A DNA stretch of 58,215 bases, from positions 1 to 58,215 of IMG/VR virus record IMGVR_UViG_3300009417_000001; one strand, given 5' to 3'. The notes below the pieces were generated by a model that was given only the letters and a program-made list of their open reading frames with translations, searched no databases and was not told the origin of the DNA. A program made the position numbers and the translations under genes. The DNA comes from a virus. Of this stretch, positions 27,566 to 35,506 are shown piece after piece (position 1 is the first letter of the stretch; the number at the start of each line of letters is the position of its first letter).

Positions 27566-27575
27566 AAAACGTTTT
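27566..27575. repeat. AAAACGTTTT motif copy overlapping the ParB-like gene stop codon
   Basis: Read in the sequence. Confidence 0.9.
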
Positions 27576-28539
27576 ACTCGGAAGCAGCGGCGTCTTCCCA
27601 ACCGAGTTTCTTCTTGGCTTTAGCCGTAGTAGCCTGGCCACCTGTCAGCAGGTCGTGTGCTTCTTTGAGCGCGGTGACCAGTTGAGAGTATGTAGGGGCC
27701 CCCTTCTCACCTTCCTGCTTGGCAGTGAAGTTGGAATACTTCTCCAACTTGGCGACCGCCTTAGCCCGGTAGCCTTTGACCTCGGCACGGAGCAGGTCGA
27801 GTTCCTCTTGCTCAGATGCACTGAGCTTGGGCTTGCGCTTGGCATCTTGTGAGGCGAGTTTGAGTGCTTTGGCCGTCAGTGCGTCCCACAACGGGGTCTC
27901 AGGCTCTGGGTCAGCCTCGGGGGGTTCGTTCGCGTCCTTAGTCCACCAGTTTTTGTACCAAGTGCGGTAGGCTTTGACTTCCTTCTTCCACCCTTTGAAT
28001 TTCGGGTCAGCGAAGAGATCTACAAGGACACCCACTTTGAGTTTGCCGTTGCCGACTGCGACCCGGACTTCGTCCTTCATCTGGGCGATAAAGATGCAGT
28101 TGCGGACGTGCTGTCCGCTCTTAGTGGTCAGGGCGGCAATCTCCTTAATGGGCTGGCCAAAATCTTCGACCATGCGGATGAACCCGTCGCCTTGTTCCAG
28201 GGGCGTCAATTCAACCCCGGAATTGATTGAGTATATAAAGGCTAAGCGGCCTAAGTCGCTTAGCGGCCCAGTGTACTCATTCACCGGGACATCTTGCAGC
28301 CCGGCCTCCAAACAAGCGTAGTAACGGCGGTGGCCGTCGCGGAGGATGTCACCCTCTACTACGAGCGGACTCAGGAGTCCGTTGGTCTGGATATCTGCGA
28401 CCAGTGCCTTGTCGGCACCATTGGAAATGTGAAACTCGCGGAGGTTGTATCCTTCATCTACCTTAATGTCAGCGAGAGCCATAGTGGTTGGAGTAAAGTC
28501 GGGGGCGACTGTGGATGGGGTGTTAGTTGGTTTTGGCAT
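27574..28539 (-). CDS. ParB-like (ParB/Srx N-terminal domain) protein
   Basis: NGLLSPLVVEGDILRDGHRRYYA is a ParB N-terminal-domain GxRR-type motif. It is the first gene of the leftward module. Confidence 0.75.
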   Translation of the reverse strand: MPKPTNTPSTVAPDFTPTTMALADIKVDEGYNLREFHISNGADKALVADIQTNGLLSPLVVEGDILRDGHRRYYACLEAGLQDVPVNEYTGPLSDLGRLAFIYSINSGVELTPLEQGDGFIRMVEDFGQPIKEIAALTTKSGQHVRNCIFIAQMKDEVRVAVGNGKLKVGVLVDLFADPKFKGWKKEVKAYRTWYKNWWTKDANEPPEADPEPETPLWDALTAKALKLASQDAKRKPKLSASEQEELDLLRAEVKGYRAKAVAKLEKYSNFTAKQEGEKGAPTYSQLVTALKEAHDLLTGGQATTAKAKKKLGWEDAAASE

Positions 28540-28587
28540 GTCTCAGTCCTATTAAATTAACGTTGCGGCTTCTATTGGCCGTACCTC

Positions 28588-28617
28588 AGCCTACCACAGG
28601 TTGGTTTTGGAGGTCAA
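28588..28617 (-). promoter_or_regulatory. candidate sigma70-type leftward promoter
   Basis: On the minus strand: TTGACC (28612..28617), an 18-nt spacer, then TGgTAGGCT (-10 at 28588..28593). An AT-rich tract lies upstream. Confidence 0.3.
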
Positions 28618-28785
28618 CACCTAATTCATATAAATTAATTTGGCAAAAAGTTGCGGCTTTTTTAGGGGGGTTGCGGCTTTTGTGCGGGTTTTGTGCGGGT
28701 TTTGTGCGACTTTTGGAAATCCATATAAATTAATTCCCCTTTAAAATTGAGAATCGTGCGTCTTTTGCGGTTTTTCTCTTATATT

Positions 28786-28823
<38 letters not shown>

Positions 28824-28871
28824 ATAATATAACTGAGGAATGTCGGAAAAAAGCCGAAAAGTCGCACGATT

Positions 28872-28900
28872 TTGAAAACAAAGGGAAACTAATTTATATG
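28872..28900 (+). promoter_or_regulatory. candidate sigma70-type rightward promoter
   Basis: TTGAAA (28872..28877), a 17-nt spacer, then TATATG (28895..28900). Confidence 0.3.
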
Positions 28901-28983
28901 AATTAAAAAAAGTCGCACAAAAGCCGCACAAAACCCGCAATTGGGGGTAAAAAGCCGCAACTTTTTGCCAAATGTGGTAAAAC

Positions 28984-29013
28984 TGTGGATTTTAAGGGGG
29001 TAACTGTGGATCG
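28984..29013. promoter_or_regulatory. two DnaA-box-like sites (TGTGGATTT, TGTGGATCG)
   Basis: AACTGTGGAT is repeated at 28981 and 29002. The reverse complement resembles TTATCCACA at 7 of 9 positions. Confidence 0.35.
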
Positions 29014-29058
29014 TGGTAAACCTATTTGGGAGAGGGGTCACCAGGCGACCTGGCGGCC

Positions 29059-29122
29059 GGGGGTGGGGGTCCCCGGTGCGCGTGTTTTTAGGGGGTGGGG
29101 GTCCCCGGTGCGCGTGTTTTTA
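29059..29122. repeat. 32-bp perfect tandem repeat x2 (GGGGGTGGGGGTCCCCGGTGCGCGTGTTTTTA), plus a partial third copy
   Basis: Units at 29059..29090 and 29091..29122 are identical. GGGGTGGT follows. Confidence 0.95.
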
Positions 29123-29204
29123 GGGGTGGTCATAAATCCCGGTAGGCGGTAAGGTGGAGATCAACCCAGCAAAAGAAGAAACAAACTAGAAAGAAGTACA
29201 CGTT

Positions 29205-29627
29205 ATGATTGATCAAGTAATCACCTATTTTGACCCGGAGGACGGGGAGCTATGTTTGCAATGCCCATCTTGTAGCCAAGGGGCTGAGCCGGAAATGTTT
29301 CCCGACGTTTTCTACCCGGAGCACGACCTCGCCAATGAACCTGTATACCGGGCCGGTGTCGCCTTCAACACCTCTTTGCAAGCGCGTGGGCTCAACCTCG
29401 TTTCCTGCCCCCATTGCGGGACGGTGTGCACGCATCCTTACCCGTTGAACGAGGGGGAAATGGATTTTTTCCGAAATTACAAGTTGGGTCGAAATGTAGA
29501 CCTAGGCACCTTTGAGTTTGAGGAAGCCTTACAAGCCTTTTGCAACTCGCACGGGATCAACTTTGAAACCGAGACTTTTACACACCGTGAGGTTATGGGG
29601 GGTCCAGATGGATTTACTACCCGATAA
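29205..29627 (+). CDS. zinc-ribbon protein
   Basis: CLQCPSC...CPHCGTVC. It is the first rightward gene. Confidence 0.7.
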   Translation: MIDQVITYFDPEDGELCLQCPSCSQGAEPEMFPDVFYPEHDLANEPVYRAGVAFNTSLQARGLNLVSCPHCGTVCTHPYPLNEGEMDFFRNYKLGRNVDLGTFEFEEALQAFCNSHGINFETETFTHREVMGGPDGFTTR

Positions 29628-30177
29628 TTACAAAGACACATTAGAATATTTCCGCGACATTCTCGAAACGTTGGACGGTCAACGATATGAATATGAAACC
29701 GAACACATGGATGCACGGGATGACTACCGCCATTTACCTGCTGAAGGCCTCTGGACCTATTCGAACGGCAATGACCGCCTGAAAAAGTGGATTGCTGAAA
29801 ATTTCCCGGCAGACATTGCTGATTTTGGCGCATCCAATATCGATGAAATCAGCAACACGATTTTAGACGTCTTCGAGATGATTCACGACGGGCACACTAT
29901 GTCTGCCTATACGGGGCCGGATTTCGTTGTCGCCACGTTCGAGGTAGGCGAAATTGAAAGTCAGATTGAGGTGGCCGATGTGGCCAAGATGGCCGACGTA
30001 TCACCCGAGGTGGCCACTCGGTGGATCAAAGAACTTGGCCATGATGTGCAAACCGATTACTTCTTAACACATCAACCATGCGACGTTGTCCTTGTCGCTT
30101 CGGTTGACCGTGACCGTGTCGAAGAAATCATTACGGAATTATTTTGTGACCGTGCCGAGGAAGGAGGCAAAGCATGA
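29608..30177 (+). CDS. hypothetical acidic protein
   Basis: Internal ATG at 29608 (MDLLPDNYKD...). The track ORF starts at 29512 and overlaps the upstream gene. Confidence 0.65.
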   Translation: MDLLPDNYKDTLEYFRDILETLDGQRYEYETEHMDARDDYRHLPAEGLWTYSNGNDRLKKWIAENFPADIADFGASNIDEISNTILDVFEMIHDGHTMSAYTGPDFVVATFEVGEIESQIEVADVAKMADVSPEVATRWIKELGHDVQTDYFLTHQPCDVVLVASVDRDRVEEIITELFCDRAEEGGKA

Positions 30178-30848
30178 AACTATTAGGAAAGAATGCCAGC
30201 TACAAAGTGGCGAAAGGCCAGGGGTTCGGGTATGATACGTATATCATGTACCTCGCACCGTCTACGCTGTCGGGCTGGAACACCTGCGCCAAAGCATCAG
30301 AGGGATGCGCGAAAGCGTGCCTGTTTTCTTCGGGCCGGGGAGCTCAAACCCAAGTGCGAAATGCCCGATTGCGGAAAACAGAAATGTATTTCCAGAACCG
30401 GGGTGAATTCATGCGCCAACTTGAACACGAATTGACCGGAATCGTTGAAAGGCGTAGGAGTAAAAACCCGGTCGCCGTTCGCTTGAATGGCACGTCTGAT
30501 CTGGCTTGGACGACAGTGATCCGAAAGTTTCCGAACCTCCAATTCTATGACTACACTAAGCGCGTCGCAATCGTCAAAGCGTCGCAAGGTATCGACAATT
30601 ACAACGTGACGTTTTCCCGTAGCGAATCAAACCAACGCGACGTGGAAACCGTGTTACAAGGGTACCCGGAAACGAATGTTGCGGTGGTGTTTGATGAATT
30701 GCCGGATGAATACCTAGGCCGAGAAGTGATTGACGGTGACGAAACGGATTTGCGGTTTCTAGGTCGGTCTGGTGTGATCGTCGGATTAACCCCAAAAGGA
30801 AAGGCCGGACGAGTTGATGAATCCGGGTTTGTGGTGCGTCATGCGTAA
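30174..30848 (+). CDS. conserved phage protein, GP88-like (Cys cluster)
   Basis: LAPSTLSGWNTCAKASEGCAKACLFSSGRG. The family assignment is from memory of the motif only. Confidence 0.35.
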   Translation: MKLLGKNASYKVAKGQGFGYDTYIMYLAPSTLSGWNTCAKASEGCAKACLFSSGRGAQTQVRNARLRKTEMYFQNRGEFMRQLEHELTGIVERRRSKNPVAVRLNGTSDLAWTTVIRKFPNLQFYDYTKRVAIVKASQGIDNYNVTFSRSESNQRDVETVLQGYPETNVAVVFDELPDEYLGREVIDGDETDLRFLGRSGVIVGLTPKGKAGRVDESGFVVRHA

Positions 30849-30935
30849 CGCACTTTTATTCCTGATTGCCTGCATTCAACCCATTACCCTTGTTATAGTT
30901 TGCGTGGTTCTGTGGCTCCTTAAAAAATAGATAGA

Positions 30936-30947
30936 TCAAACGTTTGA
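30936..30947. repeat. TCAAACGTTTGA palindrome immediately upstream of a terminator hairpin
   Basis: Exact 12-mer. Confidence 0.95.
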
Positions 30948-30984
30948 AAAACCCCGGTGGCCGAAAGCACCGGGTTTTTTTTTT
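30946..30984 (+). terminator. rho-independent terminator
   Basis: Stem CCCGGTG (30953..30959) pairs with CACCGGG (30968..30974), loop GCCGAAAG, followed by T10 (30975..30984). An A-run lies upstream. Confidence 0.85.
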
Positions 30985-31141
30985 GTAGGCGTCTGTGGAT
31001 ACCTTACAACACATTCGGGGCGGGGCAAATCGGCCGCCATTCCCGGGGGGCGGGTCGCGTTTTCAGGGGGTGGTCGTCTGCGCTGGTTTGGTGTAGGGTG
31101 GAGGCCGGGGCGACCTGCCGACCAAAAGAAAGAAGAACACA

Positions 31142-31225
31142 ATGAACCCTAAACTAATATCCCTCACGTTGGCCGTCCTCGGCCACGCGATATTTGTAAT
31201 ACTCCTTTGGGCTTTAGGCCTGTAA
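31142..31225 (+). CDS. 27-aa hydrophobic peptide (MNPKLISLTLAVLGHAIFVILLWALGL)
   Basis: ATG preceded by the shared leader AAAAGAAAGAAGAACAC. Not in the ORF track because it is too short. Hand translated. Confidence 0.4.
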   Translation: MNPKLISLTLAVLGHAIFVILLWALGL

Positions 31226-31242
31226 TCAATCAACCCCTAGAA
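31217..31242. repeat. 26-bp direct repeat, copy 1 (GGCCTGTAATCAATCAACCCCTAGAA)
   Basis: Identical to 31591..31616. Confidence 0.95.
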
Positions 31243-31252
31243 AGTAACACAC

Positions 31253-31567
31253 ATGAAACACTATTACTTATCAGTAGGCAACTTCGACAACTGTCGCGAC
31301 ATCGTCGCGTTCGGTTCCAAAAAAGCGAGGGATGAATACCACTCGGACAGAGTGCGGTACTACCCGCTAACCCGGGCGGAAGCACGGAAAGCGCTAGTCG
31401 AGGACCACGATTACAATGAGGTGCGGGGCGTCGGGTGCTACGTAGGTAGCGCCAACATAGCAACCGACGCCCGTCGATACGATTGGGCAGAGGCCGATTT
31501 GCGGGACGCTGAGACCTACCGCTATCTGGACGCAACGGGCTTGGCCATGATTCCCGTAAGGCTATAA
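31253..31567 (+). CDS. hypothetical protein
   Basis: 104-aa ORF starting 10 nt after repeat copy 1. Confidence 0.65.
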   Translation: MKHYYLSVGNFDNCRDIVAFGSKKARDEYHSDRVRYYPLTRAEARKALVEDHDYNEVRGVGCYVGSANIATDARRYDWAEADLRDAETYRYLDATGLAMIPVRL

Positions 31568-31590
31568 GAGCGACATCTGAATGGTCTTTG

Positions 31591-31616
31591 GGCCTGTAAT
31601 CAATCAACCCCTAGAA
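31591..31616. repeat. 26-bp direct repeat, copy 2
   Basis: Identical to 31217..31242. Confidence 0.95.
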
Positions 31617-31625
31617 CAAGAAACC

Positions 31626-31766
31626 GTGTCGGAGATACTCCTACAGATTAACCTCTCCCAGAAACCAACGCCCTTGAGACAAGCGGACCTGCATAACGCG
31701 GGTGACCGTGACAAACTAGACATTGATATTTGGGACATTGACGTCATCGAGTCGCCCGTCGACTAG
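31626..31766 (+). CDS. small acidic hypothetical protein
   Basis: The GTG lies 9 nt after repeat copy 2, analogous to the ATG 10 nt after copy 1. The track ORF starts at 31581, inside the repeat. Confidence 0.45.
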   Translation: MSEILLQINLSQKPTPLRQADLHNAGDRDKLDIDIWDIDVIESPVD

Positions 31767-31788
31767 GCTTTGCGGTCGCCTTGTTACC

Positions 31789-31822
31789 ATGCCTCCGTGT
31801 TTGGCGACACGGAGGCATTTTT
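31789..31822 (+). terminator. rho-independent terminator
   Basis: 11-bp stem ATGCCTCCGTG pairs with CACGGAGGCAT, 8-nt loop, then TTTT. Confidence 0.75.
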
Positions 31823-32088
31823 GCGCGTTTTTCCCCCACCTCCAACGTCGTATAATAAGCATTATGTCTACTTGGCGACAGGGCAGCCAAGCCACCATGC
31901 TGCTAAAGCCAAATGCCCCCGCCCCCTAAACGATCCCTTTGCACGCGCGGACACCCCCACCCCCACCCCCCTCCGCAACTTTCCCGCCTCTCCCTCCCGC
32001 GTTCGCTATACATGGGTACCCCACCCCCGGCTACCCGGTTTCCTGGAATCCCAGGCAACAATTACCTTGAGTTTAAAAATAAAAAAAA

Positions 32089-32100
32089 TCAAACGTTTGA
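32089..32100. repeat. TCAAACGTTTGA palindrome abutting the terminase ATG
   Basis: Exact 12-mer, ending 1 nt before ATG 32102. Confidence 0.95.
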
Positions 32101-32101
32101 A

Positions 32102-34195
32102 ATGCTTCAGCCCCAAGACATCGATTACCTACTCGACCCGGAGACCGCAGATACCCGGGAACCAGGCTCCTGGTCCGGCCCGGAACCAACGGAGTGTTAT
32201 TTACCAGAGTTGGAAAATCGAACCCAGTTGGAGCGAGAGTTGTACATGGTCGCCCAAGGCCCCCCGGACAGAAGGCACATCCATTTTCGAAACGCCCGGA
32301 ACATGCTCTTTAGCGAAGTGGCTTTGGCAAAGCACAGGTGGGCTGACCACAGGTCGCAAAGCATCTGGGCAGACAGTTTCACTTCCTGGTGGGGTCCCGC
32401 TGCGTCAGTTAAGACGACAGATGCTGCCGCGAACGCCCTCACGTACTGGCTGGCCGCCCCGCAGCGAACATACATCTGCTGCTGCTCAACGACGGTACCT
32501 CAATTGGACAAACGGGTTTGGGGCGAGATCCTCCGGCTGTACCGAGACATCTGTACTCGGTTCCCCGAGATCGAGGCCGTCACCGCGTACCGGAAGCAAG
32601 ATCGGGAAATCCAGTACATAGGTCCCAGCCCCAAGGGAGTCAGTACGAAGAACGTCATTCGGGGTGTCGCGATCATGAGTGGTGACCCTGACGAAGCGAT
32701 CGGTAACGTGATTGGAACTCACAACGATCGAATCATGCTCATCGTAGACGAGGCCCAGGTTTCGAGAACCGCGTTGATTGACGCCCGGATTAATCTTCGT
32801 AAAGGGACAGAGGATTTTAAACTACAATTGATGGGAAACCCCACCGCCCAACTGGACCCTCTCGGCCTCCACTCCGAGCCGACCGAAGGATACGCATCCA
32901 TTCTTCAAGAGATGGTGCACAAGCCCTACGAGTACGTCTCACCCGGACTGACAAAACTCTTCGTGGCCAAGCATGGTCGGCAGCCTGATCCAGAAGAGAT
33001 GTACAAGGTAACCAAGGTCGCCGAGATACCTACCACCAAGGTGAACTGGTGGAGGACAGCGATAAATGGAAACCCCTTGGGAATATGTTTTTTCTACAAT
33101 GGGTTTTTGGCCCCAAGTCTCGACTCCCCCGAGGAGGCCAAGCGACTGAAGTTCATGATCCAGGGGACAGACATCCACGAGGATTTGGACGAGTACGGGC
33201 CGGAAGACAGATACTTCTTCACGATGTCCTTGGGTTTCCTGCCGCCAGAGGGAACGACTACGCAGCCCTTCACGTTGGCACACTTCACAACAGCCGACTG
33301 TATCGACCGCACCCCCTGGGCAGAAGAGTACACCACGATCATGTCGGTGGACCCCTCGTTCTCAATGGGTGGGGATAAATTCATGATCAAGATTGCCAAG
33401 GTGGGGGTTGATGTTGAGGGAAGACGCCGAATCCATTTCGAGCCCCCGCTGCCCGTTCGAACAACCCGGTTGAGCGGAGCACCTTTTGATAATTTCACAT
33501 GTTTGGAAACTGCTCGCACGATGCACCAGTGGGGAGTGACCCCCCGCAACACAATCTGTGACACCTCAGGGAACCACGGCACTCACCCAAGGCTAATCGA
33601 AGCATACTACGGACTACTTAAAAAATACCCAGAATACTTGGAGTTGCCATTCGCCACGATTTGGAGCGAACTCAAAGACCAGAACAACCACGACTACAAC
33701 GACCAGATCCTCCGGTTCAGCGCACAAGTTAAAGCGGAGACCTGGGTGGACGTGGATCAGGGTACCGCTGGCGACAAGAAGTTCAGGAACATCCGCACCC
33801 AGGCATATTATCTACTCAGATCCTTTTTGAACCACAACCACCTGAGTGGGGTCTCTGCTTCGAACCGCCGGGTATTGTCGAACATTAAATCCAAGAAGGA
33901 TGACCCGACTCGCCCCAGCCCGTTCATCCAATTGGAAGATAAGGCCGATATTAAAAGTCGAATTCGGCAGAGCCCCGATGAGGAAGACGCCATGTCGATG
34001 GCCGCCTTCTTACTACGCAAACGTTTTGCTTTTACTCCCGGCGACCACAACACCTTTGAAGTTTATTTGGGAGACACACATGAACCCGAATTTGAGGATT
34101 TAGATATAACTGTGAACATGCACCAACTACCATCTTTTCACGGCATTGACTTTGTAATTGCGGGTAGGTATGAGGGGAGCTTCGATTATGACTGA
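32102..34195 (+). CDS. terL: terminase large subunit
   Basis: Deviant Walker A GPAASVKTT, Walker B IMLIVDEAQ, coupling motif LMGNP. The C-terminal nuclease block begins IMSVDPSFSMGGDKF. The start is set at ATG 32102; the track extension from 31913 is Pro/C-rich and unlikely to be coding. Confidence 0.85.
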   Translation: MLQPQDIDYLLDPETADTREPGSWSGPEPTECYLPELENRTQLERELYMVAQGPPDRRHIHFRNARNMLFSEVALAKHRWADHRSQSIWADSFTSWWGPAASVKTTDAAANALTYWLAAPQRTYICCCSTTVPQLDKRVWGEILRLYRDICTRFPEIEAVTAYRKQDREIQYIGPSPKGVSTKNVIRGVAIMSGDPDEAIGNVIGTHNDRIMLIVDEAQVSRTALIDARINLRKGTEDFKLQLMGNPTAQLDPLGLHSEPTEGYASILQEMVHKPYEYVSPGLTKLFVAKHGRQPDPEEMYKVTKVAEIPTTKVNWWRTAINGNPLGICFFYNGFLAPSLDSPEEAKRLKFMIQGTDIHEDLDEYGPEDRYFFTMSLGFLPPEGTTTQPFTLAHFTTADCIDRTPWAEEYTTIMSVDPSFSMGGDKFMIKIAKVGVDVEGRRRIHFEPPLPVRTTRLSGAPFDNFTCLETARTMHQWGVTPRNTICDTSGNHGTHPRLIEAYYGLLKKYPEYLELPFATIWSELKDQNNHDYNDQILRFSAQVKAETWVDVDQGTAGDKKFRNIRTQAYYLLRSFLNHNHLSGVSASNRRVLSNIKSKKDDPTRPSPFIQLEDKADIKSRIRQSPDEEDAMSMAAFLLRKRFAFTPGDHNTFEVYLGDTHEPEFEDLDITVNMHQLPSFHGIDFVIAGRYEGSFDYD

Positions 34196-34907
34196 AAAGA
34201 TTAAAATGAAGGTCTTGAACAGGCCGGAAGTATCCCCGCCGGGTGGGTATTCACTCTACCAGGTTGAACCTACAAAAGTCCGCATCACGGCCAAGTCCCT
34301 AGCTGGTTTGGAACAGGCGGTTCGAAAACACTACAAGTTGAACGAGATCCCCATCCCCCCGAACATTCGGCAGCTTGTGGAAACCTGGCTGTGCGATCGC
34401 CTTGGGGAAGAGTTCTGGCGTTACCGAGGCGGCCCCGCCATCGAGTATAAGAGGCCCCTTCCAGAAACCCTGCCGAAGACACCCGGAGGACCTGCCCGAA
34501 AGACGAAGAAGCGGAAGTTTACGATGAGTCAGATCGAGAACTTCACTCGTGCCTTGGTAGGCCCAATTCGGCGCAAGGAGTTTGTTACGGAGCAGGAGTT
34601 CATGCGTCGGGACGCCAAGTGCGCGAACTGCCCTTTGACCAGCAGCGAGCCGGGGTGTTTTTCATGCACTGCGGTTTTAGCACCCATCCTCCGCATGTTG
34701 ATGGGGGGCAAACGTTGGAATCGGGTGTCCAAAAACAAGTTAAAAGTCTGTACCGCATGTGGATGCCTGCTGAGGGCAAAAAACTGGTTGTCTGAAGAGG
34801 CGATCACCCAACTGACCGCCGAGTCAGATTACCGACAGTTGCACTCGCAATGTTGGATTCGAGACATCGAACCAATCAAAAACAAATACTCCCAGGAATC
34901 GAAATGA
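34188..34907 (+). CDS. Cys-rich hypothetical protein
   Basis: The ATG at 34188 overlaps the terL stop. Contains CANCPLTSSEPGCFSC...CTACGC. Confidence 0.65.
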   Translation: MTEKIKMKVLNRPEVSPPGGYSLYQVEPTKVRITAKSLAGLEQAVRKHYKLNEIPIPPNIRQLVETWLCDRLGEEFWRYRGGPAIEYKRPLPETLPKTPGGPARKTKKRKFTMSQIENFTRALVGPIRRKEFVTEQEFMRRDAKCANCPLTSSEPGCFSCTAVLAPILRMLMGGKRWNRVSKNKLKVCTACGCLLRAKNWLSEEAITQLTAESDYRQLHSQCWIRDIEPIKNKYSQESK

Positions 34908-35506
34908 AAGAAATCGTAAAGAAGTACAACATCATCCACAACGCTCAAACAGGTAAGTGGACGACATCTGTAACCATGACATGTGACGGCCGGGCCAGAT
35001 CCAAGGTCATATCTCAGTCCAGCAACACGGAGACCCAGGCGCGAAACGCCCCTTACACCCCAAAGGGAGTTCAAGTCATGGAGGGCATGGAGCGACAACT
35101 GTTGGCACACCTCCCGACAAACGCAAAAACAGGGGCAAAAAAAAAGTCCCTCTACGAAGCAGCCCTACCAAACACCCCTTCGAAGGAGCAGGTAGTTCGG
35201 CAGCAAGTCGCCCGAGGTAACCCAAACATCGAGCGCATGTACCGAGGTGGCGCACCCGTCCACCAGACCCCTGCTAAAAACATCGGGCAGCGCACATCGA
35301 GAACCGACGGCGTAGTATCGATTCAGCAGGAGCACACCTATGTGGATGCCAACGAGAACGGCCAAAAGCAGTCTCGGGCAGCCAGCCCCCGGGCAGTAAC
35401 CCAAGTAGGCCCTCGAAATGCACCTCCAGTGGCGGTAGAAGGGTCATCCCCTCAACCATCGACCCGAGAAATTTTAAACGACCCTTCATCTAGAGCCCAC
35501 GTATGA
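34904..35506 (+). CDS. hypothetical protein
   Basis: ATGA overlaps at both ends. 200 aa. Confidence 0.65.
   Translation: MKEIVKKYNIIHNAQTGKWTTSVTMTCDGRARSKVISQSSNTETQARNAPYTPKGVQVMEGMERQLLAHLPTNAKTGAKKKSLYEAALPNTPSKEQVVRQQVARGNPNIERMYRGGAPVHQTPAKNIGQRTSRTDGVVSIQQEHTYVDANENGQKQSRAASPRAVTQVGPRNAPPVAVEGSSPQPSTREILNDPSSRAHV

Noticed and set aside
27574-28539. The ParB-like gene as evidence for a plasmid-prophage lifestyle.
   Set aside because: There is no ParA partner, repressor, integrase or protelomerase. ParB-domain proteins are common in strictly lytic phages.
30957-31145. ORFs 30957..31145 (+) and 30936..31142 (-) in the inter-operon region.
   Set aside because: They run through the terminator hairpin, the T10 tract and the G-rich regulatory repeats, and their products are Gly/Arg/Pro-rich. 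The region is more parsimoniously regulatory.
31770-32621. A 283-aa ORF and the 31913 N-terminal extension of terL.
   Set aside because: Both translate the C-run tract into Pro/Arg-rich sequence. The ATG at 32102 is immediately preceded by the recurring palindrome and A-run, as at other gene starts.
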